From Terriglobia bacterium (GTDB taxonomy: Bacteria > Acidobacteriota > Terriglobia > Acidiferrales > UBA7541): 64,000 nucleotides of DNA. The position numbers and the translations under genes are program-made. This document shows positions 42,975 through 52,784 of this stretch, piece by piece (position 1 is the first letter of the stretch; every line of letters starts with the position of its first letter). The notes below the pieces were generated by a model. That model saw nothing but the letters and a program-made list of their open reading frames with translations. It made no database searches and had not been told where the DNA came from. Where the stretch lies: NCBI GenBank assembly GCA_963695545.1, contig OY968796.1, positions 1,888,001 to 1,952,000 on the forward strand. The letters run 5' to 3'.

Positions 42975-44147
42975 TTAGACGTTGAGCAACATCGGTGAGC
43001 CGAGTTTTCCGCGATAGTGCGGACGGAAGCGCGCGACGTTGTACAACTTTTCGACGTCGAGTTTGCGCGGACCAAGCTTCGGATCGGGCAGCGGCACGTG
43101 CGTATATTTACCGCCCTCGAGCGCCACAAGCCGCCCGAAAGTTCCTTGGCGAATCAAATCGGCGGCGATGTTGCCGAACGTGATGGCAACGATTTGGTCG
43201 GTGGAATCGGGCGCGCCGCTGCGCAGTTCGTAGGTCAGATCGGCCAGCATGATTTCATTCCCGGTGCGGCGATGAATCTCATCGCCCAGCGCCTGGCCGA
43301 TGTCCACTTTTTTCTTGTGGCCGAAAGCGTCGGCCTCGCCGTACTCGCTGACGACGCGGCCTTTCCAAACCGCGCCTTCGGATGCAATCACGAACGAGTA
43401 GTGGCTGGAATTTTGGCGCTTATCTTCGGCGAGAATTTCCACCAGGCCTTCGAGATCGAACTCCACTTCCGGAATCACGCAGCGTCCCGAAGTCACGTAC
43501 GCGCTAAAGAGCGCCGTAAATCCGGCGTCGCGTCCAAACATGCGAAACACGCCGATGCGCTCGTGCGAACCGAGCGTGGTGCGCTGGCGCGTGATGATTT
43601 CTTTTGCGCGCGTGATGGCGGTGGAAAATCCGATGCAGTACTCCGTGCCGCGCACATCGTTGTCCATCGTTTTCGGAATGCCGAGAACGTTCACGCCTTT
43701 GCTTTCGAGCGTTTTCGCGAAGCTCAGCGTGTCGTCGCCGCCAATCGCCACCAGACAGCCGAGGCCAAGCCGCTCGATGTTTTCGAGGACGATCGGCGTG
43801 AAATCGAATGTGTCCGGCCCGGTCGCCAAGGTCTTCAAGCGCTCGGGCGAAATGAACGCGGGCAAACCCGATCGCTTCATCTTGAGAGCGTTGGTGCGCG
43901 AGGTGTGCAGAAAAGTTCCGCCGGTGCGGTCAACCGTGCGCGTGTTCTCCCAAGTGAGCGGAAGGATGTAGTCCGCGTCCGGCGCCGGGCCCGGCTTGAG
44001 ATGCGTCAATCCTTCCCAGCCGCGGCGAATGCCAATCACTTCGTAGCCCCAGCTCGTAGTTTGATAAACGACGCTCTTGATCGCGGCGTTGAGGCCGGGA
44101 ACGTCGCCGCCGCCGGTGAGAATGCCGATGCGTTTGGAAGCAGTCAT
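42975..44147 (-). CDS. 6-phosphofructokinase (PfkA family), probably PPi-dependent
   Basis: LTGGGDVPGLN, GGDDT, PKTMDND, FGRDAG. Confidence 0.9.
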   Translation of the reverse strand: MTASKRIGILTGGGDVPGLNAAIKSVVYQTTSWGYEVIGIRRGWEGLTHLKPGPAPDADYILPLTWENTRTVDRTGGTFLHTSRTNALKMKRSGLPAFISPERLKTLATGPDTFDFTPIVLENIERLGLGCLVAIGGDDTLSFAKTLESKGVNVLGIPKTMDNDVRGTEYCIGFSTAITRAKEIITRQRTTLGSHERIGVFRMFGRDAGFTALFSAYVTSGRCVIPEVEFDLEGLVEILAEDKRQNSSHYSFVIASEGAVWKGRVVSEYGEADAFGHKKKVDIGQALGDEIHRRTGNEIMLADLTYELRSGAPDSTDQIVAITFGNIAADLIRQGTFGRLVALEGGKYTHVPLPDPKLGPRKLDVEKLYNVARFRPHYRGKLGSPMLLNV

Positions 44148-44250
44148 AGGGCCAAGATTTTAACATCGAGTGCGGGAATGCGCGCAAGTCAGGTTGGTCC
44201 GTTGTCGCAGGTTAATTTTCGATGCGCGATTGACGTTGCTTCGGTTCAGC

Positions 44251-44279
44251 CTGTAAGAAAATGCCGCCGTTGGCGTCTA
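44251..44279 (+). promoter_or_regulatory. ECF-type promoter upstream of the sigma factor (possible autoregulation)
   Basis: TGTAAG-N16-CGTCTA. Confidence 0.55.
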
Positions 44280-44304
44280 CCTTGGTAGGGAAAGCAAAAG
44301 AGCT

Positions 44305-44835
44305 TTGACGGAAACGATTGGCCAGGACGAGCTGTACCGGGAGGCGGCCGCTACGCACGCTGCGGCAATTGGCCGCCTTGCGCGAGCCTACGAGGCCGAT
44401 CAAGACAAGCGGCGCGACCTTATTCAGGACATTCACGTCGCGTTGTGGCGCAGCTTCGCGAGTTTCAATGGAGCATGTTCGCTGCGCACTTGGATTTACC
44501 GCGTGGCTCACAACACGGCGATCTCCCATGTGCTGCGTGAACGGAGAAGAAACAGGCACACCATGGTGAGTCTTGAAGAAATTGAGAACATGGCCAGTGC
44601 GATTGACACCGAACGGGCGGCGCGCCAGCAAGAAGCGCTAGAGCGCCTCCTGGCGATGATCCGGACGCTGAACCCAATTGATCGGCAAGTGATCCTTTGC
44701 TATTTGGAGGGCATGGACGCGGTTTCCATTGGAGAGATTGCCGGTTTATCCGCGGGAAACGTGGCAACCAAGATTCATCGCATTAGGAACGTGTTGTCTT
44801 GCCGGTTTCATGAAGGAGGGCGTGATGACAAATGA
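44305..44835 (+). CDS. ECF sigma factor
   Basis: DLIQD, TWIYRVAHN, region 4 EIAGLSAGNVATKIHR. Confidence 0.9.
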   Translation: MTETIGQDELYREAAATHAAAIGRLARAYEADQDKRRDLIQDIHVALWRSFASFNGACSLRTWIYRVAHNTAISHVLRERRRNRHTMVSLEEIENMASAIDTERAARQQEALERLLAMIRTLNPIDRQVILCYLEGMDAVSIGEIAGLSAGNVATKIHRIRNVLSCRFHEGGRDDK

Positions 44836-45409
44836 GCCCGATCTGACGGAGGTGAAAAGTATCTGGCAGAACCAGCCTGTAGAGGACAGAACGATGCCAC
44901 TCGGCGAGGTTCGGAGAAGGGTTGAGCGCCTCGAAAGCACGGCGAGCAAATTTTATTGGGTTGGCTGGTTGACAGTTGTCGGCGTGACAGCAATCTTCGT
45001 ACGTTATCTGTTCCGCGCCGCCAACTTGCCTGAGCGGGTCGGGTCCGCCCTGTTCATCGTCGGCGCGGGACTCTTCGCGTGCCAACTCTTTCTGTTTCGC
45101 AAGGAGCCGAATGGCTCAGTCGCGGGAGGTGCGGAGCCGCTTGCGAGCGTCAGATTCTACCGAAGTCTACTGCAGCGGCAACGCGACTTTCACAGTGGCC
45201 TGTGGTTCTGGTCCAAACTAATCATTACTTCGACCGGTGCCTGCCTCTATCTTTCCGGTCTCGTCCCGGCGGCACCGGGGGGTATCGCCAGATGGGGCTG
45301 GCTGTATGTGGTGCTTGTCGTCGCGCTTGGCTACGGGCTGGTGTCGAACCTCCGAGAGGCCCGGAAATACCAGCGTGAAATCGATGCCTTGGACGCGATC
45401 AACGGGTAA
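44825..45409 (+). CDS. Multi-TM protein, probable anti-sigma partner
   Basis: Overlaps the sigma stop codon; N-terminal KSIWQNQ; about four TM helices. Confidence 0.7.
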   Translation: MTNEPDLTEVKSIWQNQPVEDRTMPLGEVRRRVERLESTASKFYWVGWLTVVGVTAIFVRYLFRAANLPERVGSALFIVGAGLFACQLFLFRKEPNGSVAGGAEPLASVRFYRSLLQRQRDFHSGLWFWSKLIITSTGACLYLSGLVPAAPGGIARWGWLYVVLVVALGYGLVSNLREARKYQREIDALDAING

Positions 45410-45440
45410 AAGAGCAGTGTGCGTCCCGTGCTGCGCGAGC

Positions 45441-46136
45441 CTAGCCGCGGCGCTTCGAGCCAGCGAGTGATGTGAATTCGTACAGCGGAAATACTTCGCG
45501 GAAAATCTTCGCGGCGTCTCCGGCAAATGTGGGGCGCGTGGCGGCTTTGGCGGGCATTTTTCGGCGCACGATCCACGCGAGAAGTTTTTTCCAATCGGCG
45601 GGATCGAGAGGCCAGCCGGAGTGTTTGGTCCACTCGCGTTTTTCCATCGAGTACCAGTAGCTTTCGTAGCGGCGGCCGAGGCGCCGTTTTTGTTGCGCGA
45701 GAAATTTGGGCCGAGCGGCGACGCGCGGGCGGGCGATTGCCTCGATCGCGGAGGTTTTGTCGCGCGACTCGGCGTAGATACGGAAGCCGGCGGTCGCAAA
45801 TTTCGGCCCGAGCCCGACGTACAGCTCACCGCCGTGGGAATTGCGTCCGCAGAAAAAAAGATACATTTGAGTGCGATACGGAGTTTTGTCGCGCGCGAAG
45901 CGGATATCGCGATTGATGCGCGAGAAATTCGTTCCGGTGCGGCCGTCGATCTCGAAGTTCGGGTCGAGATGCAGCGCCGCCGGCGTCAGCGCGTCAAGCA
46001 TCGCGCGGAACGGATCGACCACCGACGAACGATACCATTCGCGATTCTCGTCCATCCAGGCTTTGGCATTGTTTCGTTCGAGCTCGCGGAAAAATCGGAG
46101 CGTGCCGTCGGAGAAAATGGCGTTCTGTGATTTCAT
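45441..46136 (-). CDS. DUF2461 family protein
   Basis: FF.EL..NN.K.W...N...Y, RINRDIRFARDKTPY. Confidence 0.85.
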   Translation of the reverse strand: MKSQNAIFSDGTLRFFRELERNNAKAWMDENREWYRSSVVDPFRAMLDALTPAALHLDPNFEIDGRTGTNFSRINRDIRFARDKTPYRTQMYLFFCGRNSHGGELYVGLGPKFATAGFRIYAESRDKTSAIEAIARPRVAARPKFLAQQKRRLGRRYESYWYSMEKREWTKHSGWPLDPADWKKLLAWIVRRKMPAKAATRPTFAGDAAKIFREVFPLYEFTSLAGSKRRG

Positions 46137-46154
46137 GGCAACACTCCTCAGGCG

Positions 46155-47765
46155 CTACGCGCGCAAGCGAATCAGGCGCGCTTCGGTGATGGCTTCGAGT
46201 TCGCGCAGCGGCGTGAGCACGGAATCGGACACGTCGCCATCGAGGCGTACGAGGGAAATAGCTTCGGCGCCGCGAACGGCTTCACGGCGGCCGAGAGCGT
46301 ACGTGGCGATGTTCAGATTCTGCGTGCCGAGCAACGTGCCGATTTTGCCGATCGCGCCGGGAACGTCTCGATTGCGAAGCAGCAGCAGCGTGCCTTCAAG
46401 CGGCGCTTCGAGCGCCATGCCGTCGACGCGTAGAAGTCGCGGCGGAGTGTCCGCGAGCGCGGTGCCCTCAACGGAGAACGCGCTGACCGCGCTTTCGCCC
46501 GGCGCGGTCGCTGCTTCGCCGGAGACTTCGATGGTGTCCGGAAAACCGTGCTCGCGGCGGCCGCCGCGTTCTTCGACGGCCAGGCCGCGCGCCGAAGCCA
46601 CGGCTTCGGCGTTCACCAGGTTCACTTTTTCCGCCAGCGCGGAATTGAGCACGCCGGCGAGCACGGCGCTGCGCAGAACGCGCGTGCCGAGTTCGGCGGG
46701 TTCGCCGGCGAAAGCGATGCGCACGCGCCCAAGACGCGCGCCGCGGCCGGCGACAACCTGCGCGACCATCGAGCCGAGTCGCTCGGCGAGCAAAAGATAC
46801 GGTTGCAAGCGGCGATACTGTTCGGCGGAAAGCGAAGGCAAATTGACGGCGTTGCGCACCACGCCATCGGCCAGAAAGTCGCGCACTTGCTGCGCGATCA
46901 GCGTGCCAACTTCTTCCTGCGCTTCGGCGGTGGAACCGGCCACGTGCGGCGTGGCGATCAGATTCGCCAATCCGACGAGTGGCGAATCCTTTGGCGGCTC
47001 GACGGCGAAAACGTCGAGGCCCGCGCCGGCCAATTGGCCTGAGCGCAGCGCGTCAGCGAGCGCCGCTTCATCCACAAGTTCGCCGCGCGCGGTGTTCACA
47101 AGGTAGGCGCCGCGTTTGGTTTTCGCGAGGTTCGCGGCGTTGATCATGCGCTCGGTCTCCGGCACAAGCGCGGTGTGCAGCGAAAGAAAATCCGATTCCG
47201 CGAGCAGTTGATCGAGCTGCACAAGAACCACGCCGGCTTCGCGCGCCGCGTTCTCGGTGAGAAACGGATCGCAGGCCAGCACGCGCATTTCAAGCGAGCG
47301 CGCGCGGCGCGCCACTTCCGCGCCGACGCGGCCCAGGCCGATCAGGCCAAGCGTTTTGCCGCGCAGCTCCGTGCCCTGGCCTTTCGATTTTTCCCAGCGA
47401 CCGGCGTGCATCGCGGCGTTGAGCGCCGGAATTTTGCGCGCGAGCGAGAGCATCAGAGCCAGAGTGTGCTCGGCGACGCTGGGTGCGTTGCCGCCGGGCG
47501 TGTTCATCACCAGCACGCCGCGGCGCGTTGCGGCGTCCAGGTCCACGTTGTCAACGCCGACGCCGGCGCGTCCTACGACGCGCAGCTTCGGCGCGCGTTC
47601 GAGCACGGCGGAGGTGACGCGCGTGGCGCTGCGCACCACGAGCGCATCGGCCGTGGGCAATTCGGCGTCGAGCGATTCTTTCGTCGGGCGGACGACTTCC
47701 CAGCCCGTGGCGCGCAACAAATCGATGCCACGTTCACTGATCGGATCGGCAACAATGATTCGCAT
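46155..47765 (-). CDS. serA: D-3-phosphoglycerate dehydrogenase
   Basis: RAGVGVDNVD, GLGRVG, NTARG, LDVF..EP, TPHVAGST, C-terminal ACT domain. Confidence 0.95.
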   Translation of the reverse strand: MRIIVADPISERGIDLLRATGWEVVRPTKESLDAELPTADALVVRSATRVTSAVLERAPKLRVVGRAGVGVDNVDLDAATRRGVLVMNTPGGNAPSVAEHTLALMLSLARKIPALNAAMHAGRWEKSKGQGTELRGKTLGLIGLGRVGAEVARRARSLEMRVLACDPFLTENAAREAGVVLVQLDQLLAESDFLSLHTALVPETERMINAANLAKTKRGAYLVNTARGELVDEAALADALRSGQLAGAGLDVFAVEPPKDSPLVGLANLIATPHVAGSTAEAQEEVGTLIAQQVRDFLADGVVRNAVNLPSLSAEQYRRLQPYLLLAERLGSMVAQVVAGRGARLGRVRIAFAGEPAELGTRVLRSAVLAGVLNSALAEKVNLVNAEAVASARGLAVEERGGRREHGFPDTIEVSGEAATAPGESAVSAFSVEGTALADTPPRLLRVDGMALEAPLEGTLLLLRNRDVPGAIGKIGTLLGTQNLNIATYALGRREAVRGAEAISLVRLDGDVSDSVLTPLRELEAITEARLIRLRA

Positions 47766-47868
47766 AGGGCAAGTAGCGTATTCGGCGGCGGCGGGCCTGT
47801 CAAATCGGCACGGTCTTGCTCGGCGCGAGAATTCACTTCGTCAGGGACGTTCGCTCAGACGCAATCGC

Positions 47869-48525
47869 TCATTTTCGGCTTTCGACGAATACCGAGCACT
47901 GCGCCACGCCCGCCTCTTCGCGCTTGATCGCGGCGAAAACTTCGGGCGCATAGAAGAGCGTTTCATCGCGGGACAGCTTCCACGCTTCGGAAAAGCCGGC
48001 GTCGAGCAGCAGCTCTTCGAGATAGGAAAAATCGAGACCCTGGCGATGGCCGCCTTCGCAGAAAAGTAGATTTGAGAGCTTGCCGCCGAGCGAGCGATGC
48101 GGGCGCGGGAAATCGCTGAAGAACGCGGCATCGCCCGAGAGATACGCGCGCGCCGCGGCACCCATGTCCGGCACAACGGCGCGGAGAAAACTCGCCGGCG
48201 CGAGAACGCGATGACATTCGCGCAGGAGTGCGGCGAGCTCTTCAGCGTAAAAATGCTCGAAGACGTGCGAAGAATAAATTGAAGCGACCGAACCCGAAGA
48301 AAAAGGAAGGCCGTTGCGCAGATCGAGCCATAGATCACGTTTTCGGAAAACGTTGCCGTCCACATTTACAAAGCCCGAAAGATATTTCGGTCCGCAGCCA
48401 AGATGCAGGTGCATAGCGCCGGAGCCATTGGCGCGCAGGCCGCGAATTTTCCAGTGCCAATAATTCAGTTTGTTGATGCGCCGCAGGGCCGTGAAGTAAA
48501 CGTCACGCGTTCGCTGATGAAGCAT
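47869..48525 (-). CDS. SAM-dependent methyltransferase domain protein
   Basis: LHLGCG, VNVD, SSHVFEH, RVL.P...LRAVVPD; ATG 48525. Confidence 0.8.
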   Translation of the reverse strand: MLHQRTRDVYFTALRRINKLNYWHWKIRGLRANGSGAMHLHLGCGPKYLSGFVNVDGNVFRKRDLWLDLRNGLPFSSGSVASIYSSHVFEHFYAEELAALLRECHRVLAPASFLRAVVPDMGAAARAYLSGDAAFFSDFPRPHRSLGGKLSNLLFCEGGHRQGLDFSYLEELLLDAGFSEAWKLSRDETLFYAPEVFAAIKREEAGVAQCSVFVESRK

Positions 48526-49354
48526 ATTTGTAATCCCGTTTGCTGCGCGTCCAGCGAGCGAGGCAGCGGTGCGATATGGCCAGGAGTTTGCGATCGGAAG
48601 TGTCGCTCGCGAGCGTGCGGCCATCGAACAAGACGAAATCGAGATTGCGCAGCAGGCCCGGAATGGAATCATCGGCGTAACCGTCGATGTAGACGGCCTT
48701 CACGCGGCCCGATGCCAGCAGGCGCTCGGCGCCGCGCAGAACTTCGGCTTCGTGATTTTCGACGTCGATCTTGATCACGATGGAATCGCCCTCGATGGGC
48801 ACATCGTCGAGACGCAGCGCGGGAACGCGCACGGCGCGACCGCGGATTTGAAATGGACTGACGGGATCGATCGCGCTGAACGTCCAGGAGCCGCCGCCTT
48901 CGCGGAAATCCATCTCGCCGGAGTGATCGGAAAGCGCGCACTCGTGAATTTCGACGCCGCGATCTGCCAGCGTCGCCCGCAGGCGCTCGACGGTTTCGGG
49001 ATGCGGCTCGAAGGCGTAAAACTTCATGCGCGGGAAAACTTCGTTCGCGCGCGCCAGCACGGCGGAATACAAACCGACGTTCGCGCCGATGTCCACGAAG
49101 GTGTCCTCGGGTTCGATGAGAAGCGCGAGAGTGGCCAGAATTCCAGCGTCGCCGCCCAGGGGAATGCTGAGGCGCGCCATTTTTTGCGCGGCCGGGTAGC
49201 CGACCTCCTGGCGAGCGTTGACGCACAGGCGCGCGCCGAGCAGTTCAACTTCGACATCCCGATTCGGGAAAAATAACCGCAATAGGAAACGGCGGAATCG
49301 CGGATGAACGTTCACCGCCCGATGCAAGATGCCTTTTATTACACCGTTTTCCAT
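48503..49354 (-). CDS. FkbM family methyltransferase
   Basis: FVDIGANVG, AFEP, ALSD, RLDD, KIDVENHE; ATG 49354. Confidence 0.85.
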   Translation of the reverse strand: MENGVIKGILHRAVNVHPRFRRFLLRLFFPNRDVEVELLGARLCVNARQEVGYPAAQKMARLSIPLGGDAGILATLALLIEPEDTFVDIGANVGLYSAVLARANEVFPRMKFYAFEPHPETVERLRATLADRGVEIHECALSDHSGEMDFREGGGSWTFSAIDPVSPFQIRGRAVRVPALRLDDVPIEGDSIVIKIDVENHEAEVLRGAERLLASGRVKAVYIDGYADDSIPGLLRNLDFVLFDGRTLASDTSDRKLLAISHRCLARWTRSKRDYKYASSANA

Positions 49355-49494
49355 TTCTCCGTGCCTCCACGGGCGCGCGATGAAGCAATTAGAAAGCAAT
49401 CGCCGTGCCACTCGATAGAAGCCTGAGGTTTTGCTGTGCGAGGTGCGGCGCGCCGAGCCGGTTGCGCGCGTGTGCTATAGTTTGGGAACACTTC

Positions 49495-49950
49495 ATGACT
49501 TTGACCGAGCGCATCCAGAGCGATCTGACACAGGCGATGAAGGCGAAAGATGAATTGCGCCTGAGCGTTTTGCGCATGATGAAGAGCGCGATCAAGAACA
49601 AGGAAATCGAAAAAATCCGTCCGCTCGACGACGCGGAGGCGCTGCAGGTTTTGAATACGCTAGTGAAGCAGCGGCGCGAATCGGTGGAGATGTTCGCTAA
49701 AGGCGGGCGGAAAGATTTGGTCGACAAGGAAACGAAAGAGATTGCGATCATCGAGGCTTATTTGCCGGCGGGCGCGAGCGACGCCGATATGGATGCCGCG
49801 ATCGCCGCGGCTATCGCCGAAACCGGAGCGAATTCGGCGAAGCAAATGGGCGCGGTGATCAAAGCGGCGCGCGCGCGTCTTGAAGGCAAAACGGTCGACG
49901 GCAAGGCGCTGTCGGATCGCGTGCGCGATCGCCTGTCCAAGCCCGCCTGA
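49495..49950 (+). CDS. GatB/YqeY domain protein
   Basis: DLTQAMKAKD, KQRRES...F..GGR, YLP, MGAVIK, DGK; ATG 49495. Confidence 0.9.
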   Translation: MTLTERIQSDLTQAMKAKDELRLSVLRMMKSAIKNKEIEKIRPLDDAEALQVLNTLVKQRRESVEMFAKGGRKDLVDKETKEIAIIEAYLPAGASDADMDAAIAAAIAETGANSAKQMGAVIKAARARLEGKTVDGKALSDRVRDRLSKPA

Positions 49951-50061
49951 ATCAGCGCGGCGCCCGCCGCTCGTTGCGTTTTCTTCCGCTTCGCCACTCA
50001 TAAAGCCGTTCCGACTCACTCCTACATCGCGCGTGGCGAGCAAGCGCGGTATTCTGATGCG

Positions 50062-50697
50062 GTGACGCTGCCGGAAAAAATCCCCGTCCGCTATTCGGAA
50101 GAAGAAGCGGGATATGTAAGTTTTCGTCCCGTGGTGCGCCAGGCATTCGGCGTCCACGAATTGCTCGACATGATTTTGTCGGTGACTGGAAAAGACGCCG
50201 CGCGCGTTAGGCAAATTCTGCGCGCGGGCACTATCGCATTTCATTCCTATCGCTACTGGTGGACGGGGTTCGAGCCGAGCGACGCCGATCTGCGCGAGGC
50301 CTTGGCCGATTTCCCGGACGCCGATGCGGCGCGCGCATTTTCCGCGAACGACTGCACACTCATAGTGCTGGAATCAGGCGGTGTGGCGGCACGCGAGATT
50401 GCGGAAATCAGTCGCGAGGCTGGTTCGGCGCGGCAATGGTTTAAGCGCGGAACAATCTGGCAGCTTTTGCTCGAGACAGTCGCGCGCGCCGCGCCGGCCT
50501 ATCACGGCTATTCGTACGAGCGACGCGCCGATTTGTATCGCCTCGATATTGAGCCCGGTGAAGCCGCCTCGCTCGCAGAGCGAGCCGAGCGCCTGGCGCC
50601 GCGATCGCTGCGCCAGTTGGCGCACACCCTCGCAGAAGCGCGGCGCCTGCTGTTCGTATGCCCGCGTCGCGCCGCGCGCGATTCAAAATCAATTTAG
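50062..50697 (+). CDS. Hypothetical protein
   Basis: LPEKIPVRYSEEEAGYVSFRPVVRQ, GKD..RV.QILR.GT, YRYWW. Confidence 0.65.
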   Translation: MTLPEKIPVRYSEEEAGYVSFRPVVRQAFGVHELLDMILSVTGKDAARVRQILRAGTIAFHSYRYWWTGFEPSDADLREALADFPDADAARAFSANDCTLIVLESGGVAAREIAEISREAGSARQWFKRGTIWQLLLETVARAAPAYHGYSYERRADLYRLDIEPGEAASLAERAERLAPRSLRQLAHTLAEARRLLFVCPRRAARDSKSI

Positions 50698-50732
50698 AGC
50701 ATGCTGGGAAGGTGGCATCGCGCCCGATGCGT

Positions 50733-52784
50733 TCAATTGGAGGCGGCGCGCTTGAGCACGGCGCTCGCACTCTCGTCCTGGGCAATTTTCTCGTAAAAGT
50801 TCTTGAGGTCATCGAGCTGCGCGGTGGGCACGAGCACGGAATTAATTTGCATGGTGCGCGTGTAGCGCAACACCTTGCCGTCGCATTCCACCTTGCTGGT
50901 GTAACTCCCGAAAGAGTATTCGGCTTTTGCGGGCGGCGGCAATTCGTCCACCACGTAGCCAGCCGGAAGCGCGATCTCGAAAATGTCCGAAACGCTTTCG
51001 GCGACTTCGAGATCCACGGGATATTTTCGGGGTTTTGAGGTGTCTTCGAGAAGGCCATTGCTTTCTTCGCCCATCACGCGCGGCCGCACCAGCAGCAGAT
51101 CGCCGGAAGCCTGCGCGTAATTCGGCGCGACGAACTGATAGTTCAGCACCAGCGTCTGCGAAGTATCGTCCATATTTTCCGCGGTGGCTTGCGTCAAGTT
51201 TGCGCCGGGAACGAATTGAGACAAATAACTTTCGAGCACATCGGCTCCCGGGTCCTTGGCCGTGGCTTGGCGAATCTGTTCGCGGCGCTGCGCAGCGGGG
51301 AAGCCCCAGCGCATTTCTTTCACGTCGCCTTGAAGCGTGCCGGTTTCATTCAGCGAGAATTCCGCAAATCGCAGCAATCGGTTTGTGGCGGGCGGAAGCA
51401 ACGGCAATTCCACCAGCTCGCCGCCTTGATCGCTGACCAACATTCCGTAGTTGTCCTGCAGATACCAAGGCAGGTAGCCGAGCGGAACAAATTCGTTGGT
51501 AGGATCGAAGAACAACAGCGTGCCGAGTTGGGGATCCTTATAGCTGGCGTACATGTTGGAAAGCGGCACGTCGGCCGGCAAACGGATTGCGACGATCACG
51601 TGATCGAATCCGTCCCACGGCGGGTCTTCAGGCCGGATCACGCCGCGCTGATCCTCGATGACCACGTAGTAGGAATCGATACCGGCGTCCTTCAGCATCG
51701 CGCCGAGCAGCGTGGCCTTATCCTTGCAATCGCCATAGCGATTCGCAAACACCAGAGAGGCCGGGTGAGGTTGGTGACCGCCGATGCCGATTTCGATGGC
51801 GAAGTAGCGGATTTGGCTTTGCATCCACACGGTGATCGCGCGAATTTTATCGAGCGAGGTGGGGGCCGACGCCGTGAGCTCTTTCACTTTGGCTTCGATG
51901 TCCGGTGAATCGTCGCGGCGGCCAGCGATGATGTGGTCGTACCAAAGGCCGAAGTCTTTCCACGAATCGAGAGTTTTCGCGCGCAGGGCCGGGTCGTTCG
52001 GAACGAAATCCAGAATGGCGCGGCCTTCGAGCGCTTCCTCGGGAGGCGCGTCCTCCTCGGGCTCCACGCCGGGGACGTCCTGCAGGTCCCAATGCCATGC
52101 GTTCTGGCCATCCTGCTGCGCGGCGACATCGGCGTGATTGATCCAGTGAGCGTTGAACTCCCAGCCCGCAGGAATCTCGAGCGTATAGTGCCCCTGGCGG
52201 ACAGGGTCTTCGCCTTGAAAATCCCATTCCTCCTGCAGCAAATCGGGTTGCGTGTGGATTTCGTACTCGAAACCAATCACGTTGCCGGGCTCGGGCTCGG
52301 GCGCTTGCAAGATTTGCACGCGGACGTCGTCGAACTCGTCCTCTTGGAACTGCGCTCGCTGCACGGCGTCTTTTTCGGACACGGCCAGATCTTTCCCGTC
52401 GGCGGGGATGCACCAACCTTTCATGCTGTCGATCTTTATCAGCTTGCTGAATGGGACTTCGAGCGTTCCCCGGTCGCGCCCCGAGCTGCGCAGAATTTTG
52501 TAGGCGACACGCTGATGTTCGACGACTTCGCCATTCGCGTCGACGGATACGGCTTCGTCGTCGAGTAAGATGACAGCTTTCGTCTCTTCGGGATATTGGG
52601 GCAGCGGCGCGGCGGCAGCGGCGTGCAGCCAGTCGGGCGCGTCGGGGTTGCGGCCCGCGCGCGCCGAAGGGACGTGCGTTGCGGCGAACGCCGCGAGCAA
52701 AAATCCGGCCGCCAGGAATCTACTGCTTGGCCTGCGTTCCCTGCGCGCCTGCCGCTTCCAGCATGACCTGCATTTGATCCGCAT
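50733..52784 (-). CDS. DUF3857 / transglutaminase-like domain protein, catalytic triad intact
   Basis: GDCKDKA, FDHVIV, FFDPT; signal-peptide-like N-terminus; start uncertain (52784 or 52796). Confidence 0.85.
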   Translation of the reverse strand: MRIKCRSCWKRQARRERRPSSRFLAAGFLLAAFAATHVPSARAGRNPDAPDWLHAAAAAPLPQYPEETKAVILLDDEAVSVDANGEVVEHQRVAYKILRSSGRDRGTLEVPFSKLIKIDSMKGWCIPADGKDLAVSEKDAVQRAQFQEDEFDDVRVQILQAPEPEPGNVIGFEYEIHTQPDLLQEEWDFQGEDPVRQGHYTLEIPAGWEFNAHWINHADVAAQQDGQNAWHWDLQDVPGVEPEEDAPPEEALEGRAILDFVPNDPALRAKTLDSWKDFGLWYDHIIAGRRDDSPDIEAKVKELTASAPTSLDKIRAITVWMQSQIRYFAIEIGIGGHQPHPASLVFANRYGDCKDKATLLGAMLKDAGIDSYYVVIEDQRGVIRPEDPPWDGFDHVIVAIRLPADVPLSNMYASYKDPQLGTLLFFDPTNEFVPLGYLPWYLQDNYGMLVSDQGGELVELPLLPPATNRLLRFAEFSLNETGTLQGDVKEMRWGFPAAQRREQIRQATAKDPGADVLESYLSQFVPGANLTQATAENMDDTSQTLVLNYQFVAPNYAQASGDLLLVRPRVMGEESNGLLEDTSKPRKYPVDLEVAESVSDIFEIALPAGYVVDELPPPAKAEYSFGSYTSKVECDGKVLRYTRTMQINSVLVPTAQLDDLKNFYEKIAQDESASAVLKRAASN

